64,000 bases of DNA from Vulcanimicrobiota bacterium (GTDB lineage Bacteria > Vulcanimicrobiota > Vulcanimicrobiia > Vulcanimicrobiales > Vulcanimicrobiaceae). The DNA is taken from positions 3,104,001 to 3,168,000 of the forward strand of contig OY970223.1 in the NCBI GenBank assembly GCA_963714015.1, in the 5' to 3' direction. This document shows positions 56,670 to 64,000 of this stretch, in pieces (within the stretch, counting starts at the first letter, position 1; each line of letters begins with the position of its first letter). The notes below the pieces were generated by a model. The model saw only the letters and a program-made list of their open reading frames with translations. It was not told where the DNA came from and searched no databases. The translations under genes and the position numbers were made by a program.

Positions 56670-58367
56670 TCAATGCGCGCGTACGGATACCCCGCGGAGT
56701 CTGGGAGGCGCCTCGTGCTGGAACATATCCAGAACGATCGCCTCGTTCGTCCCGCCACGCAGCCAGCAGCCGGGCACGTACAAGGAGCGCTGCGGTCCAA
56801 TGTTCCAGAATCGGCCGGCATTGCGGCCGTTAATCCACAGTACGCCTTTGCCGAGAGTCGACGTGGCGACGAACGTGTCGCCGGCTTCGTCGACATTGAA
56901 GTCGCCGCGATAGAAACACGGTGCCGTTCCGGGCTCTCGCGCGAACGCAGATGACTGCGGCGGGTCGCCGGATATCGGGAAGATTTGCCAGCCGCGTAAT
57001 TCTCGATTATCCAGGAGCACTCGGCCGGTGATCCCCTTGCGTTCCGAGGCGATGGAACGGCCGTAGTTGATGCGCCCGCAATTCTCGACCAGAATGTCTA
57101 GACGCGTCTGCGGCGACCCCGTTGCGACGCGCACGGGTGAAGTCCCCAGTCGGCGATCGAATCTTGCGACGACCGCGCCGTCCATCGATACGACCGCATA
57201 ATCGCGCACATTCTCGATTTGCAGCAGCGCGTCCAGCGGCCCGTCGACAACAGTGCTGTAGAGCACAAAGCCGTAACCTTGTCCGATTTCTTCCATCGCG
57301 AGCGGATATTCGCTCCAAACGGGAGCGCCGGCGCACGCGCTTAAGGAGGCGGTGAAATCGAGCGTAAATTCCGGAATATCGACTGCAGGACCGGTCGACG
57401 GAATGGGCGGCGCTTCCTCCCCCGTCACGCTTGCGATCGCATTGCGAAAGAGTTGATATTTTGCCGTAGGACGTCCCGCTTCGTCGAGCGCCGCTTCGTA
57501 GTCGTAGCTCGTTATCGTCGGTTGATACGGCGCAGTATCCGAATCGTTCGCGCCGTTCCAAAAACCGAAATTCGTGCCGCCGTGAAACATGTAGACGTTG
57601 ACAGACGCGCCTTGACGCAGCATCCATTCCAGATCGCGAGCCTGTTGTGCCGCCTCGAGCGGCTCGCGTGATTCTCCCCAATGATCGAACCATCCGGCCC
57701 AGTATTCTCCGACCAAGTAAGCGGCATTGGGCCGCACCTCGCGCACCCGCTCAAAGATGTGCTGCGGATCTCCGGGCGCGAACGTGACGGCAATCGGCAC
57801 GTCACTCAGCGATCCGGCCGCGAGGTCGCCGGGCTGATCGATCGTGAAGAACGCTTCGCTTGCAAGTCCCGCATCGACGAGCGCCGAACGCAAAGCGGAC
57901 AAGTACGTTTTATCACAGCCGTACGCGCCGTACTCGTTCTCGATTTGTACGGCGACGATGGGACCGCCGGCGCGCGCCATTAGCGGTGCAAGCTCTGCTG
58001 CAAGCCGCGCAAGCCAGCGGCGCACCGGAGTCATGTAGGCCTCATTCGCCGTTCGAATCGTACGCGCGGCGTCGCCTCGCAGCAGCCAGTACGGCAGCCC
58101 GCCGAAATCCCACTCCGCGCAAACGTACGGTCCAGGTCGAAGAATTACGGATAAGCCTTCTTCTTGCGCCGTCCGTACGTACGCTGCCACGTCTTTGTCG
58201 CCGCTGAAATCATAAAATCCCGGTTCGGTTTCATGCAGGTTCCAAAACACGTACGTCGATGTCGCATTTAACCCCATCGCACGGGCCATTCGCAAGCGGT
58301 CGCGCCAGTAGGCGCGGGGAATGCGCGGATAGTGCATCTCACCTGAAATGATTTGCGCGCAGTTCAT
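56670..58367 (-). CDS. GH35 beta-galactosidase
   Basis: SGEMHY.R, RPGPYVCAEW..GG.P, QIENEYG, EYWAGWFDHWG, YMFHGGTNFG. Confidence 0.95.
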   Translation of the reverse strand: MNCAQIISGEMHYPRIPRAYWRDRLRMARAMGLNATSTYVFWNLHETEPGFYDFSGDKDVAAYVRTAQEEGLSVILRPGPYVCAEWDFGGLPYWLLRGDAARTIRTANEAYMTPVRRWLARLAAELAPLMARAGGPIVAVQIENEYGAYGCDKTYLSALRSALVDAGLASEAFFTIDQPGDLAAGSLSDVPIAVTFAPGDPQHIFERVREVRPNAAYLVGEYWAGWFDHWGESREPLEAAQQARDLEWMLRQGASVNVYMFHGGTNFGFWNGANDSDTAPYQPTITSYDYEAALDEAGRPTAKYQLFRNAIASVTGEEAPPIPSTGPAVDIPEFTLDFTASLSACAGAPVWSEYPLAMEEIGQGYGFVLYSTVVDGPLDALLQIENVRDYAVVSMDGAVVARFDRRLGTSPVRVATGSPQTRLDILVENCGRINYGRSIASERKGITGRVLLDNRELRGWQIFPISGDPPQSSAFAREPGTAPCFYRGDFNVDEAGDTFVATSTLGKGVLWINGRNAGRFWNIGPQRSLYVPGCWLRGGTNEAIVLDMFQHEAPPRLRGVSVRAH

Positions 58368-59368
58368 ACGCTGCGCAAACGGCCTGCGGCGTCCTCCGGC
58401 ATAACGTCGCGCTGCGGCTGCGCAAGCAGTTCATAGCCGACCATGAATTTGCGCACCGACGCCGATCGCAGCAGCGGCGGGTAATAGTGCGCGTGCATAT
58501 GCCAGTGCGAATGTGCCGCTCCGTTGGCCGGCTGTTGATGAAAGCCCATAGAATAAGGGAAGGGCGTGTCGAACAGCCGGTCGTAACGGCTGGTCAACTG
58601 CTGCATGACCGCTGCAAGCGAGTCTCGCCCCCGATCGTCAAGCGCGTCCAGACTCCCCGCGTGAGCATGCGGTATTACGAGCGCCTCGAACGGCCAAACA
58701 GCCCAGTACGGCACGACTGCAGTCGTGCGTTCGTCCGAATAGATCACGCGATCCTTTGCATCGATCTCACGGTGCAGATAGGCGCACAAGAGGCATTCAC
58801 CGTGCTCCAAGACGTAGCTGCGCAGATGCGCGTCCTCTTTATCGAGTTCGACCGGAATGGTTTCGTTGGCCCATATCTGGCCATGCGGATGGGGATTGCT
58901 CGCTCCCATCATGGCGCCGCGATTCTCGAAAATCGTCACGGCACGGATTGAAGGGTCGCGAACGAACTCTTCGTACTGCTCGGCCGCCGCGTCAAGCACG
59001 GCGCGAACTTGCGAAAGCGGGAGCTCCGCCACATCCAAATCGTGACGCGGAGAGAAACAGATCACGCGGCATGCACCGGCTTCGCTGCGCCGGACGAGCA
59101 AATCTCCGGCGTTTTCCGCGCTATCGGGAACCTGCGGGGTCAATGCGGCAAAGTCGTTGCCGAAGACGAACACACCCTCGTACTGCGGATTTCGATGCCC
59201 CTGCGCGCGCACGTTCCCGGGACACAGATAGCACGCCGGATCGTATTTTTCGCGTTTGGCTGTTTGGAGCGATTCCGTCTCACCTTGCCACGGCCGCGCC
59301 AGACGCTGCGGCGAAACCAAAACCCACTCGCCCGTAAGCGGGTTGAGCCGGCGATGAGGAAACTGCAT
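58364..59368 (-). CDS. galT: Galactose-1-phosphate uridylyltransferase
   Basis: HRR.NPLTGEWVLVSP.R..RPWQG, CYLCPGN, SNPHPHGQ, RKFMVGYE. Confidence 0.97.
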   Translation of the reverse strand: MQFPHRRLNPLTGEWVLVSPQRLARPWQGETESLQTAKREKYDPACYLCPGNVRAQGHRNPQYEGVFVFGNDFAALTPQVPDSAENAGDLLVRRSEAGACRVICFSPRHDLDVAELPLSQVRAVLDAAAEQYEEFVRDPSIRAVTIFENRGAMMGASNPHPHGQIWANETIPVELDKEDAHLRSYVLEHGECLLCAYLHREIDAKDRVIYSDERTTAVVPYWAVWPFEALVIPHAHAGSLDALDDRGRDSLAAVMQQLTSRYDRLFDTPFPYSMGFHQQPANGAAHSHWHMHAHYYPPLLRSASVRKFMVGYELLAQPQRDVMPEDAAGRLRSV

Positions 59369-59407
59369 GAAAGATACTCTTGCGGCCGGAGGCGTAACTC
59401 CCTGCGA

Positions 59408-60451
59408 TTACTTTCCGACCGGAATATAGTAGTGATCCGTTATGCGGACTGCCGGACCATCAGCTGCCACGTAAAAGACGTCGAAATACTCGCCGCGCCG
59501 GCCCTTGATGTCGGCCTCCACTGTCGTCTTACCGGCTTGCTCCGGTTTCACCACCACGATGTGCGCCGTCGATCTGCGCGAGATTATCGGCACTTCCGAG
59601 AGGTTCACGAGCGCCGCGTCGGGAGGCAGACCCAAATGCTGCAGCGCCGAGCGCGTATCACCCGCGATGACCGCGTCCAAATATGACTGGACCTCTAAAC
59701 GCGCGCGCTGCTGAAAGCGCGACTGCTTGGAGAAGAGCCCATAGTTGCGCCGATCGAATTTCCAAACGCCTGCAAGCGACCCTGGACGCACCGAGCGCGT
59801 CCACGAGCGACCCACATTTGACCTACGCCGGTGTGGCGAGGCAACGGCTACGCGAGCGCGTGGATGCACGCGCGCAATCCGGCGACGAACTTGCACCTTC
59901 GAACGATTCGCCATCGCACGGCGGCGCGTTCTGCGAGCCGGCTGAGCAGCCGGGGGATGCGGGAGCGGAACCATCGCGGCCGGAGCGGTCTTCACGTCGG
60001 AGAGTCCCTCCAATACGCCCCGCTGATGCACGTATTGCGCAGCAAGAGGAATCAGCGCCACCGCCAGCGCCAGAATCGTCAACGCAGCAGCACTGAAGCC
60101 GGGACGTTTGGGTCTTCCCGGCTGCAACTCAGCCGGCGCGAGCGGACGCAGGATCTGTTCGATCGCGTCGTCACCGAGCGCTTCCAGCGCGCGCGGATTC
60201 TGTCGGAAGAACGCGGTGATCCGCCGCGCGAGCAGTCCGTCGTTCCCGTTTTCGATCGATTTCTGTCCACCGTACAATTCGAACTGCGCGCGATCGAGCG
60301 GGTTCATCTCCTGCATGCCGCGCAAAGCCAACGCATGCAGCTCCTCCTCCGGCAGCAAATCGATATACGTTTCCACCGAATCGGCGAGCGCCGATGGGTC
60401 GACCGCGGCAAGGGCCTGACGGACCCAGCGCCGTCCTCTATGTAAGAACAT
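59408..60451 (-). CDS. Single-pass membrane hypothetical protein with Arg-rich linker
   Basis: Helical N-domain, one TM, basic low-complexity linker, small C-terminal domain. Confidence 0.6.
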   Translation of the reverse strand: MFLHRGRRWVRQALAAVDPSALADSVETYIDLLPEEELHALALRGMQEMNPLDRAQFELYGGQKSIENGNDGLLARRITAFFRQNPRALEALGDDAIEQILRPLAPAELQPGRPKRPGFSAAALTILALAVALIPLAAQYVHQRGVLEGLSDVKTAPAAMVPLPHPPAAQPARRTRRRAMANRSKVQVRRRIARVHPRARVAVASPHRRRSNVGRSWTRSVRPGSLAGVWKFDRRNYGLFSKQSRFQQRARLEVQSYLDAVIAGDTRSALQHLGLPPDAALVNLSEVPIISRRSTAHIVVVKPEQAGKTTVEADIKGRRGEYFDVFYVAADGPAVRITDHYYIPVGK

Positions 60452-60519
60452 ATAACCTTATTGACGAGAAAAGCGGCATTTGAGCTTCTGCCCAAATGCC
60501 GCCGGACTGCATTAGTTCC

Positions 60520-60861
60520 TTAGGGCCGTCGCGTTGTGTCGTAAGTCTCCACGGTCGTTGCGCGGCGCCCGCCCATGCCGAACAAGCCGAGAAGTCCCAC
60601 TAGGCCGATTAATCCCCACCAACCGGTACCGCCCCCTCCGCCGGAGGTGGTCGTAGTCGTGGTCGTCGATGCTCCGGCAACCGGACTGGCAGCCGGCGTC
60701 GCGTTTGCGGCGCTGTTCGAACCGGCGGCGGGGCTGGCGCCGGCAGCGGGGCTTCCAGCCGGACTCGGCGCGGCGCTCTGAGCGAACGACACAGCGGGCA
60801 TCAGTGCCAAAGCCGCAGTCAACGTTGCGCATGCAAAGGTCTTGCCGATCACAGTTTTCAT
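60520..60861 (-). CDS. WGxxGxxG-motif secreted/anchored protein
   Basis: Signal peptide, A/S/P/T linker, WWGLIGLVGLLGL followed by RR; GAGGAG RBS. Confidence 0.85.
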   Translation of the reverse strand: MKTVIGKTFACATLTAALALMPAVSFAQSAAPSPAGSPAAGASPAAGSNSAANATPAASPVAGASTTTTTTTSGGGGGTGWWGLIGLVGLLGLFGMGGRRATTVETYDTTRRP

Positions 60862-60961
60862 TAATCGCTACTCCTCTTAGGTATCTACGTTTGCTCTTAC
60901 CCGCTCTTGCCGGACAAACCGCGCGACGGGAGGCTGCTTGCTTGTTGCGTAAGAATGCTGA

Positions 60962-61972
60962 ATGAGTCGCGGCCCCATCGTCCTGGACGACATTCGGAAA
61001 GATCCCGCGCGCGTGCTCGCTTCGACCAAGAGCGCATCGCTGCTGGATCTCGACGACGGCGTATTATGCCTGGAGTTTCACTCGAAGGGCAACACGCTTG
61101 ACGGCGATACGCTCAGCGTCGCGGAGTACGCATTCGCGAACATTCCCGGACGTTACCAAGGGATGGTCGTGGGGAATCAAGGGCGGCAGTTTTCGTTCGG
61201 CGCGAACCTGCGCTGGCTGCTCTCCGTTTTGGATCGGCTCGAGGGGGACACGTCGGGCTTCAGGACGATCGCCAAGCGCTTTCAGCGGGTTACCACGGGG
61301 ATGCGAACCGCGCCGTTTCCTGTAGTCTCGGCGCCTTTCGACCTCACAGTGGGCGGTGCGCTGGAACTCACGATGTACGCGGATGCCGCGAACGCTCACG
61401 TACGCATGCGCGCAAGCCTTCCCGAAGTAGCTGTGGGCATTCTTCCCGATTTGGGTGGAACGAGCGAACTTTACGCTCGCTGTATCGACGAAGCCGGCGC
61501 GGGAAACGAGGCGGCTGCTCTTACGAAAGCCTTTCAGACGATCGTTTTCGCTCGCTGGTCGACGGACGCGCAGTCGGCGCGCGAATTGGGTTTTCTGCGC
61601 GATGGAGATACTATCTCAACCGAGATCGCGACGCTGCTGGATGACGCCAAAGCCCGTGTTTCGGCGCTCGCCGCAAATTATCGAACACCGGCGCATCGTA
61701 CCGCGATCCCGGTGCTCGGGGATGACGGCTATGCCATGCTGGACCAGGGAATAGAAGCCGCGCGTTCAGGCGGAGCGGCCACCGAATACGACGCTCACAT
61801 CGCAAGAGCAATCGCGCGCGTCATGACCGGCGGCCCGGGACCGGGACGCACGGTAAATCACGAAGTACTGCTTGACTTGGAGACGTATTGGTTCGAGACG
61901 CTCGTTTTCGATCCGCGCACCCTTGCGCGGATGGAGCACATGCTCGAACACGGTACACCGTTGCGGAATTGA
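60962..61972 (+). CDS. Stand-alone enoyl-CoA hydratase-like protein (resembles the FadN C-terminal half)
   Basis: ASL.DL.DGV.CLEFHSK.N, FS.GANL, GGA.E, EV.VG..P..GG, RMEHML..G.PLRN. Confidence 0.8.
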   Translation: MSRGPIVLDDIRKDPARVLASTKSASLLDLDDGVLCLEFHSKGNTLDGDTLSVAEYAFANIPGRYQGMVVGNQGRQFSFGANLRWLLSVLDRLEGDTSGFRTIAKRFQRVTTGMRTAPFPVVSAPFDLTVGGALELTMYADAANAHVRMRASLPEVAVGILPDLGGTSELYARCIDEAGAGNEAAALTKAFQTIVFARWSTDAQSARELGFLRDGDTISTEIATLLDDAKARVSALAANYRTPAHRTAIPVLGDDGYAMLDQGIEAARSGGAATEYDAHIARAIARVMTGGPGPGRTVNHEVLLDLETYWFETLVFDPRTLARMEHMLEHGTPLRN

Positions 61973-62053
61973 GAGTTACCGGCCGCTAACAAATCGGCGG
62001 TTCCGCCGCTCATCATGACGCCGTCCCAGGTGCGGCGCCCGTAAAAAGTGGGA

Positions 62054-62557
62054 ATGAAAGCAAACGTGAAGATCGCATGCTTGCTGCTCGCACTGACCAC
62101 GCTGAATGCCGCTCCGGCGGATAAGTATTTCGGGCGATTGAAAATGAGCGCGCTGCGGATCCGCTACGAAATCGCTCAGCTCAAGAACGACTATGAGTTC
62201 CACCGCCGCGGTCCGCAAGACGTGGAGCACTTGGCGATTTTTGCCGAGGAGTCGTATTACGATTGGGCCGCCGCTTATCCAAAGGACGGATGGCTGGCAT
62301 CGACCGGCTACAATCTGGCGAAAGCTCTTTGAAGATCTGCCGGGTGAAGATGCGCGCGACCGGGCGTTTCGCGCATTGCAGTTTGTGCGCGGCCATTTCA
62401 AAAATACGCGTTACTCGAAACTCAGCGTGGCCGATTTGAACCGCGGCCTTCCCGTACGGCCTCAACCTTCGTGGGCGGCAACTGCGGCATCGCCGGGGCT
62501 CTCGCCGTCCCCATCGCCCTCCGCGTCACCGTCAGCCTCACCGTCGCCGTCCATGAG
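62054..62557 (+). CDS. Secreted helical hypothetical protein with Ser-Pro tail; frameshift near 62322, 3' end uncertain
   Basis: Signal peptide, APADKYFGRLKMS; continues in the 62193 frame to SPSPSPSASPS. Confidence 0.55.
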
Positions 62558-62572
62558 AGAGCCGGGTGCGCT

Positions 62573-63869
62573 TCAGTGGATGAGCGAGCGAATACCCCTG
62601 CTGCGCAGGTACGCTGCATCATGCGAGCGGCTTGACAGTACGATCTGCGGACGCAAGCCTGCGTCGACGTGACGCATGTATGCGGCGAGCAAATCGTCCG
62701 ATCCGGTATCGTCCGCAACGACGATCGCCGTTTCGCGGTCTGATAACCCGCGGCGGCGTGCGGTCGAACTCCGCGATCAGATTTGCAATCGTTCGGCCCA
62801 GCGGTTTTAGACGGCGGTCGTTGGTGTAGAGCCCGAGATCGTACTCGAGCGTATTGAAGCCGGTCAGACGGCGATTGACGTCGTGCGAACACCACCACGT
62901 TATTCCGAAAAGGTGGTCGCAGGAGACTGCGTTGCGAATCGAATGCTCGGCCCACTGCGGAATCAATGATTCGCGCATCCACTGCTTGGAGCAGCCGTCT
63001 TCTTCGATCCAAATCGTTCGGGCGCCGTCCTCGCTGAATGCCTGCATATACTGAATCAGAAACTCGCCGTAGTGCGTTGCGGCGGTGCTGAGCGGCCCGT
63101 ACTTCGGATAGATTGGTCCAAATCCGGCCCATGGATGGACGACGCTTGCCGAACCGGCACGCGCCAGCGCCGAGCGCGTAAAGCCTTGCGCCGCCGAAGC
63201 CTCGTACGGCCATTTGTCGACACCGTTGACGTTAAACTTGCCCGGCGCAACGGCGTTGCAATGATCGAGCAATGCGCGCATCCATACATCACCTTGCTGC
63301 GGCGTAAAACGAACGTGCAGCGGCTGGGTGAACCAATAGATCTCGTTGGCGATGTCGAATCCGAGAAAGCGCGGATGCCCAGCGATCGCTCGAGCCAAAA
63401 CGGTGAAGAGTTCCTGCTGTACCGCGATGAGTTTGGGGTCGATAACGAAGTTCCGGATGTGCCCGTCGCCGTTGTCGATTAGGTACGGCGGGACGAAAAG
63501 AAAGCCGCTCAACTGACCGTCCAGAACCGTTACTTCGACGTCGAGAGAGACTTCGGCGGCGGCGTTCAGCAGATTCACGAGCCTGCTGACGGGCTCGGCG
63601 CCGACCGCTGCGGCATTGGGCTGAAAGACCGGCCACAGCAACTGAATCCGGATGTGGTCCATCCCCAAAGCGGCAATGTCATGCAGGTCGCGCCGGATTC
63701 CGTCCGGATCCCAATCGCTCCAGACGTACCACCATTTTCGCGAAGGGACGTAATTTGCTCCGAACCGGACACGGCGCCGGGCGCGAGCTCGTGCCGTCAT
63801 CGGTAAACTTGCGGCTGCAACGCAGCCGGCCGCCGCGCCAACCGCGAACTCTGCCCGGCGCATAGTCAT
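62573..63869 (-). CDS. Tat-exported clan GH-A (GH5-like) glycoside hydrolase; frameshift near 62736
   Basis: MRRAEF twin-arginine leader; GANY.P, DHIRI...W..FQPN, ANE, W.EE.G, WWCSHD; shifted C-terminus ends RGIRSLIH*. Confidence 0.8.
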
Positions 63870-63955
63870 CGTCCTGACATTCTTCGCCTCTCGTTCTTTT
63901 TGCTTTCGGCTAAGCGCAAGGGACCGGCGAGCGTATGGCGCAGAAGGTGCGGCTG

Positions 63956-64000
63956 ATGAAACGCGCATTGCTATTGGCCATCGGCATTTTTCTTATTTTG
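63956..64000 (+). CDS. Start of a secreted or membrane protein, truncated by window edge
   Basis: GAAGG RBS, MKRALLLAIGIFLIL signal-like start. Confidence 0.45.
   Translation, partial: MKRALLLAIGIFLIL

Noticed and set aside
62490..62552. TCGCCG/TCACCG-like tandem repeats
   Set aside because: They encode a Ser-Pro linker; not a CRISPR array or a DNA-level repeat
1..64000. tRNA, rRNA, CRISPR arrays, IS elements, prophage genes
   Set aside because: None recognised by eye; intergenic spaces are short and no integrase or transposase motifs appear in the ORFs

Overview
A gene-dense, GC-rich (about 60% by eye) bacterial chromosomal window. I found no rRNA, tRNA, CRISPR array or transposase. The many Ser/Gly/Pro-linker lipoproteins with beta-propeller repeats, the outer-membrane barrels and the hydrogenase maturation genes suggest a soil diderm such as Ca. 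Eremiobacterota/Vulcanimicrobiota (inference only). Contents in order: the end of a [NiFe]-hydrogenase maturation operon (protease, hypCDE, tandem SIS protein, glutaredoxin, hypF); stress genes and lipoproteins; an S9 peptidase; pspA divergent from a two-component system; msrA coupled to an XRE-STAND regulator; a GH1 fusion; a PaoABC-like molybdoenzyme; udgX and a SNF2 helicase; a copper/heme cluster; an ECF sigma factor; mak; a peroxiredoxin; GH35-galT; and a Tat-exported glycoside hydrolase. About 13 genes carry single-base frameshifts that look like long-read errors, many at or beside AGCT. Best leads: (1) a GH1 hydrolase with intact catalytic motifs and a circularly permuted family-3 solute-binding domain inserted in its barrel; (2) an SCO-cupredoxin-Cyc2-like cytochrome/porin-two-component-cupredoxin operon sharing a promoter box with an ECF sigma gene; (3) a peroxiredoxin with an in-frame UGA at the catalytic Cys followed by a hairpin, probably a selenoprotein; (4) a multi-hairpin intergenic region of about 185 nt. 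All family assignments are from motif recognition, not database searches.
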